Of a stretch of DNA of 64,000 nt, positions 55,372-64,000 are shown piece by piece (the stretch's first letter is position 1; every line of letters starts with the position of its first letter). Below the pieces are notes generated by a model. That model ran no database searches and was not told where the DNA came from. It saw nothing but the letters and a program-made list of their open reading frames with translations. Origin of the DNA: Caecitellus pseudoparvulus (taxonomy: Eukaryota > Protista > Bigyra: Bicosoecida); assembly GCA_965644315.1 (NCBI GenBank), contig CBFFRQ010000042.1, positions 558,001 to 622,000 of the forward strand. Direction: 5' to 3'. The position numbers and the translations under genes are program-made.

Positions 55372-57978
55372 ATGGCGGTCGCTGCTTTGGCTCGATGGCG
55401 CAGCAGCGCAGGCCTGGCACGGCGCACAGTACACGTTCGGGGACTGATGACCAGCTTAGCGTCACCATGCGTCGCCTTGGTGAGGGCGGCTCCCCTCTCT
55501 ACAGCTGCCTTGGCCTACCACGAGCTGCCTGAGGACCTGGCTGGCTTGCTGCAGCAAGCCTCCACGCAGGGCCCTGCCTTGGAGGACGTGCACACCATCG
55601 AAGGCGTGCTGCAGGAGCTCAGCAGCTCCTGCCTGCACATCGACCGTGTGGTGCAGCACATCCAGGCCACAGCGCCGTTCGTGCCAGAGTACGCCTTGGC
55701 GGCGCGGGGCCGCTTCGCGCAGCTGGCCTTGCACCGGTATGCTGTGCGACGCATGGCAGCCCTGGCCAGTGCAGGGGGGGGGCTGTCGCCGCGCCTGCAC
55801 GACTCCATCGCCTCTTGCCTGACTCAAGCCGCCCACCTGCTGAGGCAGGCGGCGCCGGAACACATGACAGCCTCCTTGCCGCTGTTCCTGCTGCACCACT
55901 CTGTGAGCCTGGTGCCTGCCCACGTCGAGCAGGGCCCTCTGCAGGGCGCCTTGCAGGACCTCGTGGCTGCCTGTGTGCCGCACTTCACGGAGGAGGTGCT
56001 GACGGGGCTGGCGACGCACGAGGTAGCCAGGCTGGCTGCCACGCTGCCCCACACGGCTCTGGCGCCACACCGCGGTGAGCTGGGAGAGGCACTGCTGCTG
56101 CAGTACGCAGACCGGCTGCAGGGAGTGGCGGGCAGCGCTGCTCCCTTCGCTGGCACCCTGCGCCTGCCCGATGACGCAGAGCACATCATCGTGACGTTGC
56201 GGAATTTGGTGCAGCCCGGAACACCGGCTCCGCCTGCACTGGAGACAATCGTGCAGGCGTTGTTGCAGGGGGGTGGCGCAGGCGGAACAGTGCTGGCAGC
56301 TGTTCCTGCCCGCTGTGTCGCCATGCTGGCCTCCACGCTGGCTGTGGCCGGCCTGCCGCAAAACGCCCTGCACGGCAGCATGGGCGCCTTGCTGCAGGGG
56401 GTGCTGCAGCACGACGTGTTCCGCATCGGAACAGCATCAGGGCAACGGCGAGGGGCGGCGGCCCGCGCTGCCGCCCCAGCACCCCGCCAGGCCCACCCGC
56501 ACAAGCACCTGCCTCTGCTTCTGCACGCCGTCACACGGTCCGGCCTCCGGTCACCCGCCCTGCGCACTGCTCTGTGCCGGGCCCTCACGCGCGGCAGGCC
56601 CCTGGCCCGCACCGCCGTGTTCAAGTGGCACACCTCCCACGTCGTCACGGCCCTGTTGTTCTTGGCAGAGCAGGGGGAGTCCCTGGCCGGCCTGCGCCAC
56701 CACATGGCGGCGTCCCCCGGCCCCCTGCCCCGCCCCTCCTCCGCCGCTCGTGCCGCCCAGCAACGGGAGGGCCTGCGGGGGCTGCAGCACACCAACACAT
56801 GCCCCGTGCAGCCGTTGCTGGACGCCTTGGCGCGCAACGCAGCAGACGTACTGCCCAGGTCTGCCCTGACCAGCCTGCACGCATTGGCTGCGCTGGGCAT
56901 GACACCGGCTGAGGCGGCGTCACAGCCGGCGCTGCCGCACCTTGCCCAGCTGGTCAGCCAGGAGGTGGACTGCGTGCCCATGCCAGAGGGCGGCTGCAAC
57001 GCCTTGCCCCTGCTGCAGGGGCACTTGCCTGCTGCCGTGTTTGCAGCCCAAGCGCTTGTGGCTCTGACACAGGCCGCCCCTGAGGGGGGGGACAGGGGGG
57101 GTGGCAGCGGTGTGGAGGGCGGGCATGACAGCCTGCCCTACGATGCCATGTTCATGCACAGCGGCACGGGCGCCGTCACGTGTGGTGATGACGTGGAGGT
57201 GCGGGACATGGGCGGCGTGGGGCTGGCAGCCCCCCTGCACCACACCCTGGCCACCGCTGGGGTGTTGTACACGGCAGCTAGCCGGGCGGCGGGCCCTGCA
57301 GACACCCCCAGCCAAGGCCCGCTGCAGGTGGTGCACGGGAACATCCCCGCAGCGTGGCCACCGGTGGGCCCATGTGTGGGGCAGGTGGCGCCACCAACCC
57401 GCCTGCCCGCCAAGGCCGACGACAGGTGGGCAGCGCAGATGCGTCAGGGCAGTGTGTGCAGCATCCCCATGGAGGGGTGGCAGGGGGGGGTGCCACCTGC
57501 ACTTTTACGCCCCGGGCACCATGCGGGGGATGGGCCCACCCCTGACTCGGCTTTCCTAGAAACCGTCCTGGAAGGCCTGTCTGCCTGGTGCCTGCTGCAC
57601 GGCATTGTGAGGCCGGTGCTGCCCCACCTAGGCGTGCAGCCCGAAGTGCTCTTCCCCGTGCAGCCCCAGGGGCAGGAGCCGTCCTTGGTGGCGCTGCGTG
57701 TCGTGCCGTGGGGGGACACAGTGCCCACCCGCCGTCGGGGGGCGGCGGCTTGCTCTGCCGCCCACCACGCCGCTGCCGGGCACGTTGGGGAGGGACTGCC
57801 AGGCAGTGTGTACGCCTGCTCCCGCATCAGCGTGGAGAACGCGCTCCTGCGCAGTGCAGGTGTGCGGGTGGTGACTGTGAGCCAGGCGCACTGGGAGTCC
57901 TGGCGGCACCCCCCTTCCGCCCTTGCCCGAGCCTTGGCGCAAGTGGGTGTCGAGCCATGCCGCGTGCATTCACTGTGA
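55372..57978 (+). CDS. Mitochondrial helical-repeat RNA-binding protein with C-terminal RAP domain (FASTK/OPR-like)
   Basis: Arg-rich presequence, Leu/Ala helical repeats, and C-terminal ENALLRSAGVRVVTVSQAHWE (RAP pattern LL...G..VV.V...EW). Confidence 0.65.
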   Translation: MAVAALARWRSSAGLARRTVHVRGLMTSLASPCVALVRAAPLSTAALAYHELPEDLAGLLQQASTQGPALEDVHTIEGVLQELSSSCLHIDRVVQHIQATAPFVPEYALAARGRFAQLALHRYAVRRMAALASAGGGLSPRLHDSIASCLTQAAHLLRQAAPEHMTASLPLFLLHHSVSLVPAHVEQGPLQGALQDLVAACVPHFTEEVLTGLATHEVARLAATLPHTALAPHRGELGEALLLQYADRLQGVAGSAAPFAGTLRLPDDAEHIIVTLRNLVQPGTPAPPALETIVQALLQGGGAGGTVLAAVPARCVAMLASTLAVAGLPQNALHGSMGALLQGVLQHDVFRIGTASGQRRGAAARAAAPAPRQAHPHKHLPLLLHAVTRSGLRSPALRTALCRALTRGRPLARTAVFKWHTSHVVTALLFLAEQGESLAGLRHHMAASPGPLPRPSSAARAAQQREGLRGLQHTNTCPVQPLLDALARNAADVLPRSALTSLHALAALGMTPAEAASQPALPHLAQLVSQEVDCVPMPEGGCNALPLLQGHLPAAVFAAQALVALTQAAPEGGDRGGGSGVEGGHDSLPYDAMFMHSGTGAVTCGDDVEVRDMGGVGLAAPLHHTLATAGVLYTAASRAAGPADTPSQGPLQVVHGNIPAAWPPVGPCVGQVAPPTRLPAKADDRWAAQMRQGSVCSIPMEGWQGGVPPALLRPGHHAGDGPTPDSAFLETVLEGLSAWCLLHGIVRPVLPHLGVQPEVLFPVQPQGQEPSLVALRVVPWGDTVPTRRRGAAACSAAHHAAAGHVGEGLPGSVYACSRISVENALLRSAGVRVVTVSQAHWESWRHPPSALARALAQVGVEPCRVHSL

Positions 57979-59264
57979 CGGCGTCTGCAGCGCACGTGCC
58001 AGGTCTGACAGGATGCCCTGCACCTGCGCGTCCCCTGCAGCGGGGTAGCTAGCCTGCGTGCCCCGGGCTGTGACGCTGATGGAGGCAATGCGTGCGGCGG
58101 CGGAGGTGGCGGCGGTGAGGGCGTGCAAGTCCACCGTGTCCCCCCCAAACACCACCTGCCCCAGCGTCGTGCCTGTGGCTGTGCGCGGAGCCGGGCCTGC
58201 CAGGATGGCGCCCAGCGCCCCCATGAAGCAGTCCCCTGCGCCTGACGTGTCCACCACCGCCGGCACCTTTGGGGCGGGCACGAGGGCGGAGGTGAGGGCC
58301 CCCCCCGGACCCCGTGCCATGAGCAGGACACCCTGTGCGCCCAGCGTCACCAGTAGCACCCGGGGGGATGCCACCTCGAACAGGGCCGCCCCCGCATCCA
58401 GCAGGGACTGCGGGCTGGCCGCATCCACCTTGCGCCCCAGCAGGTTCTCCAGCTCCGTCTCGTTGGGGGAGAAGATGTCAGCGGCACTGGCCGCGGCACG
58501 GAGGCTGGCACTGGTGGCAGGGGTTACGCCAGGGCCTGGGGAGGCGTGCTGCCACCGTGTCTCTGGGGCGGGCGCCGGGTTGAAGATGCGCACAGGCGCG
58601 GCGGCAGTGCCTGCGCCAAGGCGGGGGCATGCCTGCAGCGCCGTCAAGGTGGCGGGCAGCGGCACCTCCAGCTGTGTCAGCAAGGCACCAGCCTGGCACA
58701 GGGCAGGCGCCGCCTCCTGCACTTGCTCCTCGTCCACACGGGCGTTGGCGCCGGCTACGATGATGATGGAGTTGGCGCCAGAGTCCGTGACGGTGATGGG
58801 CGCCACGCCAGTGGGCACGCCAGAATGCACCGCCACATGCTGGGTGTCCACGCCCACCTCTGCGAAATTCGCCAGCGTCTGCTGCCCGAAGCCGTCTGCC
58901 CCCACGGCGCTGACCATTGTGGTGTCGGCACCCATCTTGGCGGCCATGACGGCTTGGTTGGCGCCCTTGCCGCCGAAGCCCTGGTGGAAGTCACGGCCGT
59001 GCAGGGTCTCGCCAGGGCGAGGGCTTCGAGGCACGTATGCGATGAGGTCCATGTTGCTGTGCAGGGGGCGCTGGGGCGGTGGGTGAGGCGCAATGGGGCA
59101 GACACGCCCAGCTGCGGAAGTTGGTCGCACCAAGACCCCACCACAGCAACTTTGGCCTGCCGAGGCGCGCCAGGGGCATCACACTGCGCCCTGGAGGCAC
59201 AGCACATGGCTCCTGCCAAGCCCACTGGGCCCAGCGCCCGAATGCCCCGGCCCAGTGCAGCCAT
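57970..59264 (-). CDS. RBKS: Ribokinase (PfkB family), 2 exons
   Basis: VAVVGS|CNMDL across intron 59057-59130, GFGGKGANQAV, FNPAPA, PNETE and VDTSGAGDCFMG. Confidence 0.95.
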
Positions 59265-59510
59265 GGGGCACAGTTGAGGAAGGTAAGATTGCGGTGCACC
59301 ACGCCTGGCGGCTGGGCACAGTCGGGCAACGGTGCAGGGAGGACAAATCTTCCGTGAGAAAGTCGAGGCGCGCGCTTTGAGCAAGTTTAGCCCGTCACTG
59401 TGCATTTGGCCCCGCCCATCTGCTGCTCAGCTCGCCTTCCCTGCAGCGCCAGCTGTTCACGCCTGTTCGGCCACTGCTCGTCCAGAGGCGCCAGCATTCC
59501 AAGCGGAGAC

Positions 59511-60740
59511 ATGGCAGCTGCGTCCGGCTCCCCCGTGTCCATTGCCGAGCAAGGCAAGCTCAACCCCGAGGCTGTGCGTGGCTAGCTGTGTCTGTGGGCC
59601 AGCTGCCCAGGGGCTCACACGCCCGTGCCGATTTCCGCTGCAGGTTGCCAAGGCTGCTGCTGCGCTGCTGAAGTGGGCGGCGCAGCAGGATGGCGACGCC
59701 CAAGCCAAGAAGTTGTTCGATGACGACGAGCAGACGTTCAGCATTCAGATCAACCTGCGCCGCATCCCCGAGAACAAGCGCCACAAGCCCATTATGATGT
59801 GCGTGCGGGAACTGTCTCAATTTCCGCACGCCCACACGTGCGCTGCGCCACAGCCAGGACACTCTGCTGCGCCTGCCCTCCCGCTTGCAGCCCCCTCCCC
59901 CACTCACTGTACGACCCTGAAGCGGGCACTCGGCTGTGTTTGTTTGTGAAGGACCCCGTGAAGGCCACCGCCGACAAGCTGGCCGAACGCCCTGTGCCTG
60001 GGTTCGTGGAGGTGATGGGGTACACCCGCCTGAGCCGGGAGTTCAAGCAGTACGCCGCCCGGCGTGAGCTGTTGAAGTCGTACGATGGATTCTTCGTGGA
60101 CGACAGCATCCTGCCCATGATGCCCCGTGTGCTGGGCAAGGTGTTCTACGCACGCAAGAAGCAGCCGTGGCCGGTGAAGATGGGCGGTGCCCGCAGCCTG
60201 GAGAACGCCCTCGTGAAGGCCCGCGACAGCACGCCGCTGTACCTGGGCGCGGGGCAGTGCGTGGCTGTGAAGGTGGGCACGACGGCTCACTCCCCCGCCC
60301 AGGTGGCAGAGAACGTGGCTGCGGTGGTCACTGCCGCTGTGGACGCCATCCCCAAGAAGTGGCGCAACGTCGCCGGCATCTCCCTCAAGCTGCCAGCTTC
60401 CCTGGCCCTGCCCATCTACGCCTCCCTGCCCGGCGACGAGGCCAGCGCGGCGGCGGGGGCCACGACAGCCGCTGGCGCCCAGGCCCCAGCACATGAGTCC
60501 CCTGCCTCTGGCACCGCTGGTGGCGGCTCAGCGTTTGAGGACAGCATCACATGGGACGAGGAGGGGGGTGAGGGGGCCGCACCTGCCTCCACCCCCGCCT
60601 CCACCAAGCCCACTCGCAGCAAGGGTGCCAAGCGCACCCGCAGCAGTGTCAAGGCGCCTGCGGCCAGTGGAGAGGTGGTGGGCAGCGCCAAGCGCCCCAA
60701 GCGCAGGGCGGCTGCGCCCAAGCGCTTCTTCGGCAAGTGA
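59511..60740 (+). CDS. RSL1D1: Ribosomal L1 domain-containing protein (RSL1D1/UTP30/CIC1), 3 exons
   Basis: KPIMI|PLPHSL, CLFVKDP, EFKQY..RRELL.SYDGF.VD, LGKVFY.RKKQP, and KKWRNV...LK...SLALPIY. Introns 59574-59643 and 59799-59890. Confidence 0.9.
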
Positions 60741-60780
60741 CGTGCAATGCAAGGCGCGGCGGAAGTGAGGGGGTGCAGGC

Positions 60781-61271
60781 CTAGCCGCTTGGCGCGGCGG
60801 CGTCCGCCACGTCCGTGTCCAGGAACTGCCTCTGTGATGCAATGCACTCCGTGGCGCACCAGTCCTTGTGGGTGACCCTGTCAGCGAGGAACGTCAAGCG
60901 GTCAGCCAGCACGGACAGCGGCGGGCCTTGGGTTGGGATGTCCCGCCGGCAGGCCTTGAGCGCCTCAAGAGCCTGCTGCATCGCGAAATTTGGCAGCACT
61001 GCCCGGTTCATGGGCTTACCAGTCATGGGCGACAGCCTCTGCTTTCGGCCTGCGCAGGGGCGACTCGTGGGAGGTGCGGGCTCAGCCGGGGAAAGCATGG
61101 TGAGAAGGTGCCCAGCGCACCGAGCAACCAAGCCTCGATCGCGAGGCGCTCGTAGGTATAGCCGTCACTCCCCAAGACTGCCTCATTGATCAAGTACCCT
61201 GTGATTGGGCACGTCATCCCGTCGGGGACGTCTTCTCCTGCAGCGCATCGACCTGGATCGGCACCAGCCAT
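60781..61271 (-). CDS. Small U-box domain protein, 2 exons
   Basis: CPITG.LINEAV..SDGYTYERLAIEAWL|..SPMTG.PM...VLPNFAM. Intron 61050-61120. Confidence 0.88.
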
Positions 61272-61572
61272 GCTGAAACGTGGGTGAAACGGGCACCGAC
61301 GCGTGAAGTGGAAGCCTCGGGCAAAAACGCGAAACACACACGCCTCTGCACGGATGAGAAGGATACCTTAACTTTGGTTTTTTGCCCTTTAACTCCTGGT
61401 GTCCCGTGCGTGCATCTGCACAGCGGCTGCTGGTCGTTGCAGTTGACTACCACCAGCACTTCCGGCAACCACTGACAAGTGCTACCCTGCGCCTTCTTCC
61501 TCTACCAGCGCAACTTCCAGCCCACCCAGCGGCTTTGAAGCAAGCTGTTAATTTAAGCTTCCTATCCACGGC

Positions 61573-63597
61573 ATGTCTGGCTCAGGAACGAGGTTTCAAC
61601 GGCCACGCGCCAACTCCCGCTCGCGTCGGACTCGAACTGTGGAGGAGAGGAAGCAGCACGACGCGGCCTGCAGCAAGCTTATCCACTGCGAATGGGCCAA
61701 AGCCCACGAGGCCAGATTATCTGAGCTTTGGTCAGATTCGTGCGGTACCTCTAGTGGCGGAAACGCGGTCGGCCCTACAACATCAAGCCAAATTGCGTCG
61801 CTCATGCGGCGCAAGGGAGCGACGACAGATCACATCGAACGCGCGTGGGTGTACCTGCAGCACTTGGTGGACAGACTGGGCGGCCTGCAGATCTTATCAT
61901 CGGTGTTTAAGGGGGAGTTCTTTGGCTTCGTGCTGTGTTTGTCGGCAGTTATTGCTGCTCGCGATCACGGCGAGCTGGAGGATCTTATGCAAGACCGCTC
62001 ATTTGGCTTGACCCTGCAGTCTGAGAAGTCCTCCACTGCAGGAAAGGACATTGGCGGCAGTGAAGCACAGCCGCTTGGTGCTGCCGGCACGTCCACTGCC
62101 GACGCAGCTGCCGCTCACAGGCCATTCGCAAAGCCCGTCGTGGCAGGGGGTGAGGCCAGGTTTGCCGCTCGGCTGCAGGCCCGGCCACACACCACAAGGC
62201 ACCGCTCCTCAAGTGATGCGCAGGCCACCCCGCCCACGTCAGTGCGTACTGGCCGCGACGACTGGGCGGGCAGCGGACAATCGAACGTGCCACCCACTTC
62301 GCCATCTCCTCTCAGCCGCCCGACGCTGGGACGAGGTGACAGCGGCAGTGGGCCCATGTTTGCGTCAACGAAAGCGAAACACTATCGCAGCGCCTCTGAT
62401 GGCAGCTTTAGCACTGGTTCCCTGTACGGAGGTGCTGGCGCCACACATTCGCCTGAGCCAGCCTGGCATGGTGGCGGTGAGTGGCAACAGACACGAGGCG
62501 GGCCTAACTTCGTTTCGGAAGATGACGGGACTTCGCGAAGCACAGCACTGGGGTACGCCTCTGAGAGGTATGGCAGCCAAGGAACCACTGTACAAGAGGA
62601 CGGACACCACGGCACTGGTTACGGTGGTCGCGGGTATGCTGGGCATGACCAGGGCGGAGATGGGTATGCAGAGCATGTCCAGGGCGGTGATGGGTATGCA
62701 GAGCATGACCAGGGCGGTGATGGGTATGCTGAGCATGGTCAGGGCGGTGATGGGTATGCTGGGCATGACCAGTGCGATGATGGGTATGCTGGGCATGACC
62801 AGGGTGGTGATGGGTATGCGGAGCATGGTCAGGGCGGTGATGGGTATGCGGAGCATGGTCAGGGTGGTGATGGGTATGCTGGGCATGACCAGGGTGGTGA
62901 TGGGTATGCTGGGCATGACCAGGGCGGTGATGGGTATGCTGGGCATGAGCAGGGCGGTGATGGGTATGCTGGGCATGACCAGGGCGGTGATGGGTATGCT
63001 GGGCATGACCAGGGTGACGCTGGGTATGCTGAGCATGACCAGGGTGACGCTGGCCAGGTGCAGCGTCGGGAAGATCTAGGGCAGGCGGAGCGCACTCATG
63101 TAGACCAAGGCTCGGGCAGGAAACACCAGGAAAGTGGTGATCAAGTGAAGGATGGAGGGTGGGCTGAAGCAAAGTTGTTGGTGACTTGGCCGAAGACATA
63201 CAGTGAGGATGAATCCTCGCCAGGTGCCGAAGACAGTCACTATGGTCATGCAGCCAAGGGGGCATCGTTGAAAGCTGGTGGCGCAGCTCATCCGACAGAG
63301 GAGGCAACTGCTATGCCAGAATTGCCCCCCCATGCAGCAGGGACTGTCGGAACTGGGGGTGCGGATGGTGCTGGAGGGCTTCTTGGAAAGGCACCTGCGA
63401 TGGCAAAAGCTTTGGCAATCTTGGCAGCCCAGCTTGGCAGCCAAGCAGGAGCCATCAAAAGACTGGGAAAAGCAGGTTTGAAGGTTGAGCTGAAAGAAGC
63501 GGAGCAAGTCAAGAGTGACTTGCTTGCAGCCGCTGCACACGTGATGCAGCACATTGCAACCCTCAAAGTCGTGCACGACAACTCTTCCATGCATTGA
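61573..63597 (+). CDS. Hypothetical intronless protein with a Gly/Tyr/His/Asp decapeptide repeat
   Basis: 674-aa ORF with helical N- and C-terminal segments flanking a repeat; less GC-rich than neighbours. Confidence 0.6.
   Translation: MSGSGTRFQRPRANSRSRRTRTVEERKQHDAACSKLIHCEWAKAHEARLSELWSDSCGTSSGGNAVGPTTSSQIASLMRRKGATTDHIERAWVYLQHLVDRLGGLQILSSVFKGEFFGFVLCLSAVIAARDHGELEDLMQDRSFGLTLQSEKSSTAGKDIGGSEAQPLGAAGTSTADAAAAHRPFAKPVVAGGEARFAARLQARPHTTRHRSSSDAQATPPTSVRTGRDDWAGSGQSNVPPTSPSPLSRPTLGRGDSGSGPMFASTKAKHYRSASDGSFSTGSLYGGAGATHSPEPAWHGGGEWQQTRGGPNFVSEDDGTSRSTALGYASERYGSQGTTVQEDGHHGTGYGGRGYAGHDQGGDGYAEHVQGGDGYAEHDQGGDGYAEHGQGGDGYAGHDQCDDGYAGHDQGGDGYAEHGQGGDGYAEHGQGGDGYAGHDQGGDGYAGHDQGGDGYAGHEQGGDGYAGHDQGGDGYAGHDQGDAGYAEHDQGDAGQVQRREDLGQAERTHVDQGSGRKHQESGDQVKDGGWAEAKLLVTWPKTYSEDESSPGAEDSHYGHAAKGASLKAGGAAHPTEEATAMPELPPHAAGTVGTGGADGAGGLLGKAPAMAKALAILAAQLGSQAGAIKRLGKAGLKVELKEAEQVKSDLLAAAAHVMQHIATLKVVHDNSSMH
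62632..63051 (+). repeat. 30-bp tandem repeat x14 encoding GYA[G/E]H[D/G/V/E]QGGD
   Basis: GGGTATGC recurs every 30 nt. Confidence 0.97.
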
Positions 63598-64000
63598 ACT
63601 GTTCTCAAGAAATGCACAGTGTCGTTGTGATGCTAGATGCATAAAGTGGTTTGCGCTTGTCCGCTGCGCTTCTGGTGAGAGGGTGGTGCTGCTCGCGCCG
63701 TGGGCGGAATTTGCACTGGGCTGTGTCGCGGGAATTGAGCACCTTGCACTTAATGGCGGCTGTGGAAGACACACGCAGTGGGAGGCAGCATAGCGTTGAA
63801 GAGATGCGAACAGTGGAGGATGGCTGCCATCACTGTCGAAGCAGCCGTGAACAGCTGGAGGCAGTGACTCGGGTGAGTTGGAGCCCGTGCAGCTATGGCA
63901 ACGCAACTCTGCCTTTTGCACGGGATCCGCGGTCTTCCCACCTACAGGAGCTGGAGAGCAAAGACTCCGAGTGCACTACGCTCCAGAGGCTGCTGTCAGA

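Noticed and set aside
1340-61120. Introner-like repeated introns or non-canonical splice sites
   Set aside because: All inferred introns are GT-AG, and I saw no shared sequence among them beyond splice signals and the short TTCCGC motif.
1-64000. Hundreds of overlapping long ORFs in alternative frames and on antisense strands (e.g. 231-1631, 45308-47203, 16289-17758)
   Set aside because: These are shadow ORFs expected in GC-rich coding DNA with few stop codons; only one frame per locus carries family motifs.

Overview
This window is eukaryotic nuclear DNA, not prokaryotic. It is GC-rich and very gene-dense, with about 30 protein-coding genes, short canonical GT-AG introns (mostly 60-90 nt), short bidirectional promoters and convergent gene ends that abut or overlap. 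Gene families and domain variants suggest a heterotrophic stramenopile-like protist (inference only). Recognisable genes: SLC35F-type transporter, GGTase-I beta, two mitochondrial carriers, HisRS with a degenerate N-terminal ammonia-lyase (HAL/PAL)-like domain, RCC1-repeat protein, CCT-domain protein, histidinol dehydrogenase, DOT1-like methyltransferase, GLE1-like protein, DHRS7-like SDR, Nup214, SMC4, APC permease, a mitochondrial Whirly-like protein, oligopeptidase A, a histidine phosphatase, SulP, taxilin, UBX, TFIIB-like, a SMU1 pseudogene, UXT, a RAP-domain protein, ribokinase, RSL1D1, a U-box protein and a GYxxHxQGGD-repeat protein. The most notable observations are: (1) a Nup214 whose FG domain is almost entirely Leu-Gly instead of Phe-Gly; (2) a strongly enriched C[GA]ATTTCCGC element at gene 5' ends and in early introns; (3) an AATGCA motif at gene 3' ends that can serve both strands; (4) a Whirly homologue lacking the plant KGKAAL motif; (5) a HAL-like pseudo-enzyme fused to HisRS, whose gene also has an oversized structured intron. 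All assignments come from reading motifs by eye; no database searches were run.
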